The notes beneath the pieces were generated by a model. It was not told the origin of the DNA. It made no database searches and saw only the letters and a program-made list of their open reading frames with translations. Of a DNA stretch of 54,797 nucleotides, positions 33,280 through 45,026 are shown one piece after another. The stretch's first letter is position 1; every line of letters begins with the position of its first letter. Both the position numbers and the translations under genes were made by a program. Location of the stretch: contig NW_005434533.1 in assembly GCF_000315625.1 (NCBI RefSeq), positions 37,900 to 92,696 on the forward strand. Direction: 5' to 3'. This stretch comes from Guillardia theta CCMP2712 (lineage: Eukaryota; Protista; Cryptophyta).

Positions 33280-35916
33280 ATGGCGTCTACCGCAGCCGCG
33301 CCTGAGCTCAGCCCCCAAGACCGCAAGCTCATCGACACTCTCAGAGACTTCCTGCTCGCACAGTTTGAAGGTTCCATGCTCCCTCCCTCCTTCGTATCCC
33401 CGTCTTCTTGCTCCTTTCAACAGCCCCTATGCCGTTTCCTGCATTGTTGACTGGGGAGGGTCACACCTTCGTGGGACGGGAGGGAGATGTTGATGTTATT
33501 ATCGTGTGTATGAGACCCTTCGTCTTTTTCTCCATGTCTTGTATGCTCAGAGGAAAGTGATGATACATATGCATGGGCTCTGTTATACTCTGCTGAGACC
33601 ATGTGGTGATAAGTAACTAACGATCCGCCTCATGTACAGCTGCGAGCAATATGCCAGATGCGAGAATACTAGAAGCGTTGAAGAACAATTCTATGGATGT
33701 CTCACGCGCACATGAAGAGCTTTGTGCTGAAATGGAACGTAAGCACGCTCATTCAATCCACCCGCACTGGAGCATTGATGTGCTTCTGCCAGGCTCTGCA
33801 TGGGACACAGTGGAGACAAAGAAAGAAAAGAAAAAAGGCGAAAAGAACTCACAATCTGGGGGACACCAAGTATGTTGCACCTCCAACATGCAAAATCTTG
33901 TTCCCGCTGACAGCTGGTAGGATGATCATTCATCTTCGGCGCCATCTGGAAGGGGACGTGGAAGGGGTGCAGGACCAGGAAGAGGTTCGAACCTCAGAGC
34001 TTACTAGTAGCAGACCAGTTGACCTCTTTCTTCTTCTGCTGCAGGTGGAGGAAGAGGCGATTTCGCGTCTGATGGTACAACCAGAGGCGGCAGGGGTGGT
34101 GCCGACCGCGGAGGAAGGGGTGGCCCTCCTCAAGGTCCTTCTGCTGCAGATCGCGGTGCAAGAGGTGGGCGAGGGCGAGGTGTTGCGCCTCGACCACAGC
34201 CTGCCCCTACCCCTGCACAGCCAGTTGCAGCTCCTGCTGCTCCTGCTCCTGCTCCTCAGCCAGTTCGTGATGCCCCCATCCCACAGAACCAGTGGAGCAA
34301 AGGCCGCCCTCGGACTGAAGAGATTGTAAAACCTCCAGAGAAACCAATGCAGCAAGCTGCCGAAGTTCCCCAGTCGGTCTGGGGTCAATCTGGTGCTGTT
34401 GATGTTGCAGCTTCCGCTGGAGGCATGCAAGGAATGATGCCTTCAACCTCGGCTGGTCAGGGAGCTGGAGTCGGCAACAGTGCTTCCTCCAACAATGCCA
34501 GCGCTATGCCACAGTATTCTCAAGCAGCGAATGCTGAACACAGTCTCGCTGCTGGATTTGCCAACATGGAGCTTTACCCTTCACAAGCAAAGGCACAGCA
34601 TGCGGAAGGTGCGGTTCAACAAGTTCCACAGTCCGCCCAAGCACAGGATTTGTCCGCTGGATACTCCGCTTCGACAGATGTACATCAATACTCGAATGCT
34701 CAGATGGCGAATGCTGCAAACTCTGGATTGCAGTATGGGTGAGCTTTTCATCCGTGTTTTGCCATGTATTGAAGCTTTGTATGTCAGGTATCAAGGAGCT
34801 TCAGGGTCCACGGCTTCTCATGTCGCTCCTCAAACCAAGAACCCTGTCATGCAAGAGCAGTCTCAACAGTCTGCAGGATTGCAGAGCAAGGGCGATCAGG
34901 ACAATATGGGATATGCTGCCAATACCGACACCATGCAGCAAGCCTCTCAGATGATGAACGCTGCCAACCCTGGATTCCAATACGGAGGGTAAAGTGCTTC
35001 ATACCATCTGCAGCCCTGATTGACTTCTTGCGCGATCAGATATGGGATGCCCATGGTTTCAGGCGCTGGAGTTCACATGCAGCATCGTGGCCAGCAACCT
35101 CATGGCATGCAGGAAGGTCAAGACAGTCAACAGACCCCTCAGCATCCCAACCCTGTCTATGCAAGCATGATGTTCCCTCAGTATTGGAATAACTTGGCTG
35201 TTCATCCTCACCAGGTCTAGCGTGATTTTATGTCCAACGCTCGAGGGTGATCGTTTCCCCTGCAGATGGCTGGGCAGATGGCTACTCTGTACATGCCGTA
35301 CCACACGGGTTATGGTGGTATCCCAAGCCAAATGTACAATGGACAAGGATTTTCACAGCAGCAGCTTGGCGGAAACAAGTCTTACAACGCCAACCAGCAG
35401 GGAAAGGTAAGTTTTTTTTACTTTCAATCACTCATCCTCAAATTGACAGCTTCTGACACTTGGACAGCAACAACAGTCAGCTTATGCAGGCGCATATCCA
35501 GGCAGCGCCGCTGGCTTCTCCCAGTTTGTGGGCTCCGATGCCAACACAACTGCCTCGACCGCAGACTTCTACAAAGGTCAAGGATCAGCTGCGTACGCAT
35601 ACCCGAACATGTACGGCGGTATGGCTGCCATGAGTGACGGGATGACGGGCTTCGGACAGACAGGTGGAATCTCACATTCGTGCTCAGACTTGAAAAGCTG
35701 ATATTCTTTCAGCAGGCTTCGGTGGCATGGCTAACCGCAGCACAGCAGGTCAAAGCTCGACATCCATGTCAGGTACCTCCGAGTGATCTGATGACGCGCC
35801 GGGTTCGTGACCGAGGGACAGATGCCATGTACCAGTATAACGCTCAGTCATCCTACCAGGGTAACTACCCCGGGGGTTATGATACTGAGAACAAGGGAAG
35901 CTGGGGGGGCAGATAA
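33280..35916 (+). CDS. UBAP2/Lingerer-like protein (UBA/CUE-like N-terminus, RGG region, Q/G/Y-rich low-complexity tail), multi-exon
   Basis: MASTAAAPEL..; DARILEALKNNSMDVSRAHEEL; SAWDTVETKKEKKK; RGGRGGADRGGRGG; then Q/A/M/Y-rich exons ending ...GSWGGR*. Confidence 0.65.
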
Positions 35917-36173
35917 AGGAGAGAATGAGTGGAATGTTGCGGCCGACGCCTTGAAGTTTGATCTCGGAAGCGAGCGCGTTGGGACGGCAGTGTACATATG
36001 TGTATGATGCAGATCAATTGAGCCATCCCCACAGACTTCATAGGTTTCTACTGTAGAATATCCACGTAAACTCTTACCCGGCGTTCTGAAGCCTCAACAG
36101 CCATGCTTGCTCCCCCTCACCACCCCCATCTGAACACCTACCCCCCTACGTTGCACAAGCTACGTCCGCTCAC

Positions 36174-36980
36174 CTACCTTGAGGAAGAAACACCCCTTCG
36201 TCTCTCGTCCTCCTTCTCTTCGAGGTGCTTCTTGTCAGAAATTGCCTCATACACCTCGTCGATCGTGTCGGCACCCGGATACGACGGCATGTTGACGTGA
36301 ACCGTCTTGCTGTCAACAGCAGCTGCATCCTCTAGCTCGCCGTTCATGGCGTCCTCACAGCCAGCCCCGATGCCGCAGAGGGATTGGAAGCGACCTTTGA
36401 AGGCGTTGCTGGGGCTTCCCTTCCACAGCTTCTTCTCTATGTCCATATCCTTCTGGTACTCGTCCATGGCCGCCTTGACCTCGTTGAGAATATCATCGCT
36501 AGGCTTGTCCGGGAGACCCTCGAGGACTTTGTCTTTGTCGAGGTTTTCAGCAACCTGAATGTTGTTGTCATTGAAGTACTCGCAGCCTGATCCGATCCCG
36601 CAAAGCTTCTGGTGCTTGGCACCCTTGCGATGACCTGCAACTCGCTTGAGGCCAGTCATCTTTAGGAGGTTGAGGGGGCCCCCATAAGGAGGATCGCGGA
36701 ACGGGAATGAGCTACTCAATCCCTCGACCCCGTCGTTCATGTTGTACTGGGCCGGGTTCTGATGCAGATAGTCGTTGAGCCAGAGATGCTGCTGTCGGCT
36801 GGAGAGGAGAGGAGACTGAGATTGCACGAGCGTGGTGGTAGAGTTCGATCGGAGCAAGACTACTCCAACCTGCAACGATCAAGTCAACTCCTTTGCCCTC
36901 TCGTCCTCCTCATGCGTTACCGCGGCCAGCAGCCCCACGGCTATCACGCTTGCGACAGACACGACGGGGGAGACTCTCAT
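36174..36980 (-). CDS. Hypothetical signal-anchored protein with duplicated QxLCGIGxGCE motif
   Basis: Exon 36980-36921 (MRVSPVVSVASVIAVGLLAA) splices in phase to the exon from 36869 (VGVVLLRSNS...). Contains QKLCGIGSGCE and QSLCGIGAGCE. The 3' end may splice further. Confidence 0.6.
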
Positions 36981-37924
36981 CCTGCGAGAGAGGGTCAGAA
37001 GGAGCGAATTTGTGGATTCGGTTGAGAAAAGGGACACTTGGTCAACAACAACCACAGAGTTGTGGTCTTCTCGTCACATCGCACTCTAAGTTTATGTGTC
37101 TTCGTATCCATGACATGAAATTAACAATGATCAATCACATGAACACTTATCAAACAAGATGTCAACAATCTGTCACATGAAACGCAATGCCATCACCTCG
37201 ATCGCCCAAGGATGCAACAAGTAAAAGAACAAGAATGAAGAACGTTTGAGAGGTGCAACATGAGACAATATCAATAATTCCATCTATAAAGTCGCACTAT
37301 CTACGCCGCATTCAAAACTGCTCCAACACCTAATCTTGTCTCGGGATACCTTGTCTGACACTTCACTAGCAACCCTGCCTCTCACACACGAAGCTGCTCC
37401 TCTTCCTCTTCCTTGAGCTTCTTCTCCCTCCCTCCCCTCTCCCTCCTCCTCTCCCTCCCTCGCCCCCCTCCTCTTCCTCCCCCCTTCCTGTTCTGCAGCG
37501 GCGAAGAGCCATGCTGCTAGGGGAATGAGGGGGATGAGGTTCTAATCTCGTTGGGTCAGAGGTGGGATCAGGGTGGGATGAGGGTAAACATTGTATGAGG
37601 GGGATGAGGGCAATAAGACTAACGGAAAAGCGTTTCCAGGAGGAGGCAGTTGGAGGAAAGGAGAGGAGAGGAGGAACGAGGACAAGAAGGAGAGAAGGGG
37701 GAGGAGAAGGAGAGAGAGGAAGAGGACGGGACGAGGAACAAGAAGTCTCCTCCCTGCTCTGACACTTGACATCAAGAAAGCAGCTGCGTTGGATCCGCGG
37801 GTGAGGGTGAGGAGTTGTGGGCAGTTTCAACGATCGAAAAGACTTCTGTAAAGGATTGGATGTTCATGAGCTGGAAGTGATAAGACATTGACGATCTTGA
37901 TCGCAAACATCCTTAGCCTCTGAT

Positions 37925-38941
37925 ATGACTCAACGTGCACTCTCGCACAAGAAACCTGGGCACTTCGGCCAGCCAGTCGAATATGCTGACACAGCAGCCT
38001 CGTATTCACACGACGACATTCCAGAGAAGGCGAAACTCGCCAAGAAGCAGATCCTTCACTTCCTGGACCCCAACATCTTAGCTCTCAAGAAGAAGCCATG
38101 GAACAACCTCACTCAGCCTTCGGGGCCCTTTGCGAGCGATCATGGGCCGCTCTACCAGGGGATGCCTTTCCAGCCCAAGTTCCCCAACGCGAGTTTGAAG
38201 AGGACGCTGCATATCGGCACGAGCACCAGGCCTGAGATAGACTTCCGAGCCGAGAAGATCCCGAAGAGAGACCCCATCCTGCCCGTCAAGACCTCCAAGC
38301 TTGCCTTCGACCCTCGCAAGATCCTCGGGCCCAAAGTCCCGGCCAACCTCGGAGGCACGGGGATGCCGGAGGTGAACATGCACACGACGGTCCCGCCAGG
38401 CAGAGACGCGACGAAGACGACGAGATTCATAGTGGACGTGGACGCGACGGGAGGGCTGGACATGAAAGAAGCGTGGAACCCGAGCACGGCTGCTGACGTC
38501 AAGTGGCAGAACATCACCTACACGACTCAGCTGGACAAGGCGTTGGTGAACACCAAGAAGCGAGAGATGCAGTACACGACGAAGAGAACGAGCTTGAGGT
38601 CAACCTACTTGAGCAAGCGCGATGAGCAGAGAGAGCAGAAGCGGATCAACGCTCTCAAGGAAGGGAACTTCGAGGACTACATGATCGCGATGGGGAAGCT
38701 CCGCGACAAAGCAGAGAGTGTGGAGGCCGACGCAGCGAAGCAGAAGGAGCTTGATCGCATGGAGATCGTCTTCTCCAAGGAGTGGAAGGCGAAGGAGTAC
38801 TTCTGTGATGGCGTTTGGAGGTTCGACCCCGTGGAGGGGAGGCACTGCTGGTCTTGCTGTGGCTCCTTCCAGCTGGACGGACCGGGCTGCCAGCCCAAGA
38901 AGAAGGCAGGGAAAGGGTGGAACTTTGCGTCTATCAACTGA
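37925..38941 (+). CDS. Hypothetical basic protein with a C-terminal Btk-type zinc-finger-like motif
   Basis: Intronless 338-aa ORF with strong GC3 bias; C-terminus CDGVW..HCWSCC..DGPGC. Confidence 0.65.
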   Translation: MTQRALSHKKPGHFGQPVEYADTAASYSHDDIPEKAKLAKKQILHFLDPNILALKKKPWNNLTQPSGPFASDHGPLYQGMPFQPKFPNASLKRTLHIGTSTRPEIDFRAEKIPKRDPILPVKTSKLAFDPRKILGPKVPANLGGTGMPEVNMHTTVPPGRDATKTTRFIVDVDATGGLDMKEAWNPSTAADVKWQNITYTTQLDKALVNTKKREMQYTTKRTSLRSTYLSKRDEQREQKRINALKEGNFEDYMIAMGKLRDKAESVEADAAKQKELDRMEIVFSKEWKAKEYFCDGVWRFDPVEGRHCWSCCGSFQLDGPGCQPKKKAGKGWNFASIN

Positions 38942-38997
38942 AGTGGAAGTAAAGATTTTCATCGTGATAGTGCGCGAGTGTCGGAGCTACCCCGATC

Positions 38998-40332
38998 TCA
39001 GTTTTTCCCATGATCTCTCTCGAGGAACGAAGTAATGCTCGACAGCCACAAGAGCCTCTGGGCAGGATAGAGATGTACAGGATGATCGCAGCCCGGGATG
39101 ATGCGCCAGGCCTTGTCCATGCTCGCTATGCTCAGGAATAGCTCCTTCTGCTTCTCGATGGAGGTGTAGGTATCTTTCTGTTGACAGCAAGTCAGCGGCA
39201 GGACACAGGTGTCCTCCTCTTCCACCTCCCCATGGATCACAAGCGTAGGAACGTGAACATCCTCCCCCCTGCAAGCGTTGAACTCATCCAGCTTTGACCA
39301 TGAAACCTGCCAAGGTATCAGGGAATGCGAGAGGGAGGAGGCGAGTCGCCTTGCGAGGATCCCATTTCAGCGCCTCGTCGCCGAAGGCCTGAGCAGCTTC
39401 ATCGTCAATTATCCCCGGGACCTGCACTCCAAATCACGACAAAACTTTCGAGGATGCCGAGCACCGTCCAGTCTTCCATGGCGCCTTCCATGGTGTTTGC
39501 GATGTAGGGTGGGGGCTTGTTGTAGTCTTCCTTGGAGGGAGGGCTGTAGACAACGTCCTTGTCGAAGATAGAGCCGTAGAGAACAAGCTGGGAGATGCGA
39601 TCTGCATGCTTCTGAGCGATCAGCTGCGCGATCAGAGCACCCTGGAGCGACTTCAACGTCAGTACGCGCCATAGCTGCTCCCTCTCTTCCTCTTGCCTGG
39701 GACCACCCGACGAGCGGAGGCTTCTGATGTCCTTCCTTGGCCAAGTAGTCCAGCACGGCAAGGACGTCGGAGACGCACTTGTTGGGCGTCGTCCACCCCT
39801 CCTCGTCCCTCTTGGTGCCCCCCAACCCCCTGAAGTCAGGAGCGAACACTAGCCAACCCCTTGAGGCCATCAGGTCCATCGTGTTGGCTCCAAGATAGGA
39901 AGCGCCGTCTCTCGGCGGGCTACCAACCTTCATGAAGCACGTCAACCTCACCTCCTCCTTTCCTCCCTCGCGCACCTGAAGATCCCAGACTGGACGGGCA
40001 GACCATGTCCGCCCGTGGAGCAACACGATCGGCTTGCCGTTAGCTGGTCCCTTCTTCCACAGGGAGATCTCGTGTCCATCATGTGCAGATACAACTATCT
40101 TCTCGGGCTCGGTCGTCGCCATGGTGATATGCACTGGAGCACGCCGAGGAGAGGAATGGCGGATGTCGCAAACCCTGTTTCCTGTCCGGTGGGAGGAGGA
40201 AAGAAGACTAGAGCGATCAGAGCACGAGGATCTCCATGCAAGCGATGGGACGAAGCTCGAAACAGTCGATCCGTGCAGGATCAGAACTAGAATGGTGCAG
40301 AAGACAAGCTTTCTTGAATAGTCATTCAACAT
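38998..40332 (-). CDS. Alpha/beta-hydrolase with bipartite plastid-type presequence, multi-exon
   Basis: Signal peptide ending ..TVSS-FVP, then an S/R-rich transit peptide. Motifs LLHGRTWS, DFRGLGGT, GWSQ|G (nucleophile elbow), PTLVIHGE|KD (acid) and GCDHP (His). Confidence 0.82.
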
Positions 40333-41058
40333 CTATCCTCTCAACTGCGAAACAACCATCAAGTCACGACGTCTCACAATGTCTCGTCCTCCCTCCTTGC
40401 CCTGAACTACCTTCAGCAACCCACTCCGATTCTCTGATCCTTGCTTCCCTTCCGTTTCCGCCCTCTCCTCCTGCCTCCCCGCGCTCCCTCGCTCTCCTTG
40501 CCATATTCCCCTTCACCTGCATGCGCTTGTTTCCTGCTTGTATGAGCAATTTTCGCTATCTTTCTGAAGTTGAAATCAATCTCCTATTTTTGAATTTTAA
40601 AGATCAAAAGGGTTGAATCATAAATACTTGTATGAAATTTGAGTAAAATCCAGGCAGGAGATACGCCGCAATGGGCGCAGGGAAGACGGCGGGGCAGTGG
40701 GGGTTGGAGGAGGATGGGAAGGTGAAGGTGGTGATGATAAGGGTGAGATTGTAGATCAAACATGTTGATACTTGGCATCTGATGTTGACTTCAAGTTTAT
40801 CACCCAAGAATGCATAGTAGAACTACTGTCAATGTTACCAAGGCAAAGCTAGTGTGGGGTGCAGAACGACTTTGGCGAGAAGGAGTGAGCGAACGTTGGA
40901 GATTTTGCTGTATCTGCTTGCTGTTAGAATGATGGGATGGGAAGGTGTGCTGGTAACGAAGAGGAGGTTTAGCGCTCCATGGACGCGTGGAAGTACTGTA
41001 GTGTTTGCCGGTCGTAATTCATCAGCCGTTGGAGAGCTTGACGTCAGAGTTTAAACCC

Positions 41059-44000
41059 ATGGAGATGTTGACAGTCTCCATGAGGTCTCTCGACCTTCCC
41101 CTTGTTTGTTCAACACGTTGCAAGATGAAAGTCAGATGGAGATGTTGCCTCTCATCGAGAGAGACGGAGCAGGCATAACGAGATTGTTTGTGTGCAGGTC
41201 TTGATGCCATTGCAGCTAAGATGACAATGAGATCGCACGTTCTTGTCAGAATCTCGCTCCTTCTCCTCCTCCATCTCACTTGCATCAGACCTTTCGCCCT
41301 CAGACACTGTACGCTCTTCCCCAAACAGCACACTGCTCTCCTTCGACACCCAGCCCTTGCTCGAGCAAGAACAAGCAAGAAGGCGTTGAGCCCCCGATGC
41401 TCTGAACCCGCGGGAGTGCAGGACAGTCACCTCAAGTGGATGGAAGGATCAGCACCGCCATCTCAGAACTTACAAGGCGCGTCCTTGCATGATGTTCATG
41501 CGCACCTGGACGAAATCCTCAACTCCCTGTGGGACGACAAGATAGAAGTGGAGGGGTTCAGACAGCCGATCCCTCGGACAGGCAACACGTCGCACATCAA
41601 ACATGTCGTCGGTGGATTCTCCGTCGTCATCCGAATCCCAGAGAGTGGGATCGCGTATCGCATGCAGCCGATGCGGTCGATGAAGCACGGAATTACCTGG
41701 GTCGCCTTCTACAAGATGCTGGAGGAGGTGGCAAACGATAAAGTCTCGATCCCCACGGCCCTGAGGAACGACGCGATCTTCAAGCCAGACCGAACTACCA
41801 TCTTCGAAGCTGGGATCGGCAAGAAAGCCTGGGAGGACCTCGAGTTCGTTCAGGAGTTCCAGGTAAGGCCGAGCTGTGGACCTTGTTGGTGAGTGAAGAG
41901 CTTGTAGGACGAGAGACTCAGGCATGCGACGAAGCGGCTGGTGCAGCATCGGAGAAACGTCATGAAGGAAGGATCGTTGAACTACCGCAGTGGGAAATGT
42001 CGATCAGCATCAGAGTGCGAGATCGAGTCGGATGAGGACGGGGGGATGGTAGGGAAGCGTGCGAGAGGGTGTGACGAAGAATCACGTTTGTGGTGTAGTT
42101 TACAGGAGTTTCCATCGTGAATGGGATCATGTTTCCTTCCCATTGGTTCTGGGTGAAGGTTAGAAACCCCTCCTCTTCCTCTCGCCTTCCCGTCCTCCTC
42201 GTCCTTCGTCTTCCTCCTCTCGCCTCCTCCTCCTCCCTCCTCTTCTGCGTGAGACGGGCAAGCAGGTGGGGAGACCGAGCGAAGTGAATGTAGACGACGG
42301 CAAGTCGGAAGGATATCGGGGGCACGAGGAGGCTCATTCGCACCTGTCGGTTGTGAGGCAAGATGACATCAAGAGGATAAAGGTAAGCTGCCGCCAGCCT
42401 GTTCGCACGTTGACGAGGACCGGGGAGCAGGGATCTGAGCTGGCCTCTGCCTTGCTGCTGAGAAAAACTCAATCGAAAGAAAAGCAGGAAAACTCGGTCC
42501 CGATGGCTGTGGACTTGAAGCCTGTCTTCACCCTGGTCTCCGTCTTCCCTCATGCTCAGGTGCGAACGATGACGCGTACTGGCTCGGTGACGTTGACGAC
42601 AGGGTGATGTGGGAGGGCTGTGCAAGAAACTCTGGGCAAAGGGAGCGCAAGACAACGTGACTACGTTGGTCTTGCAGGTACACAAGAGAACTCTCTCATC
42701 CCCTGCACTTGCTGTTCGTCTCCTGAGTTCCCACTGCCTGCCTCTTTAATGCTCCCTTCTTTCTCCTCTTACCCTCACCTGTGTTGTTTGTACATGTTCT
42801 TCTGTTTTCCTCCTCCTCGTCCTCCTCTTCATCCCTGTGTTGGACTTGATCCTCACCCTCACCCTGTTGCTCTTCCTGATGCTCCTGCATTAGAGTGTCC
42901 TGCGAGGTCTGAGGCGACTGCATGCCATTGGCGTTCCGCATGGAGACCTCAAGGCAGCCAATGTGAGTTGGAAGGGGAGGAGGAGAAGAGTAGGAAAGGA
43001 GCAGGAGAGGAAGGGGAGCAGGAGGAGGAGGGGGGGGGGGGAGGAGCAGCAGCAGCAGCGTTTTCTCAACATTTGTGCTTCAGGTGCTCTATGCTAGTGG
43101 ACGATTTTGCCTCACCGACCTGCCGGCGTTGAACTGGAGTGGTAACTGCCCCTCACTTCCTTTGAAGAGACCTGATGGTGTTACAGCAACTCCGGTCTTG
43201 ACAAAAGACCCTGTTGCACAAACTATGGTGAGATTCATCTAATGCTCATGATCTTCATCGCCTTGAGCACTAATGCTCATGATCTTCATCGCCTTTCAGC
43301 AATCATCACCACCATCACCTTCATCGTCGTTGTCCTCATCATCTTCACCATCATCATCACCACCACCACCACCATCTCCTTTACTTGCTTGCAAGAACGA
43401 GTTCCATGATGATTTCTTCCTGCAGATTCGGGGAAAGCGTCTCCTTTGCAATGACATGTGGGGATTAGGTTTCATAGGCCTGGTGAGTCTGAGAAAGTCA
43501 GGAGGAGGAGCGAGAAGAAGTGGGGGAGAGTTTGGAGCGGAAAAGGAGAAAGAAGGAGCAGGAGAGTGGGGAGCAGGAGCAGGAACAAGTGGAGCAGGAA
43601 CAAGAGGAGCAGGAACAAGAGGAGCAGGAACAAGTGGCAGAGGCAGAGGAGGAGAAGGAGGGATCCCTGATCATTACTAGTCATTGGTGTGCGGATGCGA
43701 AAGGATGGAGACAGTCAAGTCAAACCTGCGACAGATTGATCCCTTGGACTACAGGTGCTGCTTCTTGCTCCACACCTCCCGATAGTCCCTCACTTCCTCC
43801 TCTTATTCCTGCCTCCTGCCTTCTTCCCTCCCTCCCTCCTCTTCCTTCGTGACTTCTTTCTCCTCCTCTCTCCTCCTCCCTCCCTCCCTCTCTCCCTCCC
43901 CTCTCGTTCCCTCCTCCATCTCACATTCCTCCCCCTGACTTCTTTTCTCCAGTTCGACCAGCAGCGTGTCAAGGAAGCTCGACGGGGTCACCCAGAACTG

Positions 44001-45026
44001 GCTGGTCACGATCCTCCTCCTCCTCTCCTCCCTCAAGGGGCGAGGTAGCGCTGCCTTCCCTTCCTCGCTCCCCTCACTCTGTTCCCTTCCTCCAGGTCTT
44101 GCCCTCTCTCCCATCTGCCTCAACGTTTCGGAGGCAGCGAAGAAAGCTCTCACGTCCTCTTGGATCCGGCGCAACGTGCCAGCAGTTCAGAATCCCTCCT
44201 ATCGAGTAACTTCCCTTGCCTCTACTCTCTTTCGCCCGTTCCCCCTACCCCTCCTCCACCTCTTTCTCTGCCTTCCATCCTCTCTCCTCCTCTTCCGCCT
44301 CGCTCCTCCACCTCCTCCCTCCTTGCCTGCTGGGGTGACGGAACTTCAGGAGGAATGTGCTTTCAATGCAGACCTGTTGGCTGAGAAAGTCTTCACATCA
44401 GGTAAGCCCTCATTTCATCTTCATATTCCCATCACCTTCACCTTCGTTCTCCTTTTCTTTCCTCCAGTCTCACCCCGCCCCCTTCTCGTCCTCTTTCTCG
44501 GATCCTCCACCTTCTTCTATCTCTCCCTCGGGTCCTCATGATCTCACCATTGTCCGTCAGATCGCTCGACGTCGCTCCTCGAGTCTCTCTGCTACTGTCT
44601 CGATGTCACTGACGTCGCTCGCAACGCTCTCGCCATGCCGTGGCCGGTGGAGGATGCTTGAACCCTCCCCCTCCCCTCATCCTCTTCTCTCCCTACATCC
44701 TCCTCCCTTCCTTGGCTTCAAACGCCCCCTCCCCGAACGTGAATGAATTTGCAATCGCAGCATTGGTTTGCCCGGGGAGCGCTGGAACAACAAGTCCCCC
44801 TCTCTTCAGTGAGGACAGTGTGAGGAGGCAAGGAGGGAGGAGGAGGAGGAGGAGTGCGGGAGGAACACACGGAGCGATTGCTATGCGATCTGCAGCAGAA
44901 ACAACTTCAGCCCTTCGGACGATCGTCAGGGAAGGAGGGGAGGGCAGGACTCTAGCAGCTTGAAGCGCAAACTTTGCTTGCGGCTCAAGAAGTTAGTGCG
45001 ACGTGCACTACATGCCGCCAAGGGTA
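41059..45026 (+). CDS. Atypical protein-kinase-like protein, multi-exon; ends uncertain
   Basis: Exons at ~42894-43485 splice to SVLRGLRRLHAIGVPHGDLKAAN|VLYASGRFCLTDLPALNWS|..|..NDMWGLGFIGL, i.e. catalytic loop, DFG position and subdomain IX. Confidence 0.55.

Noticed and set aside
43238-43640. Small duplications (taatgctcatgatcttcatcgcctt x2; ggagcaggaacaag x4)
   Set aside because: Ordinary intronic slippage repeats.
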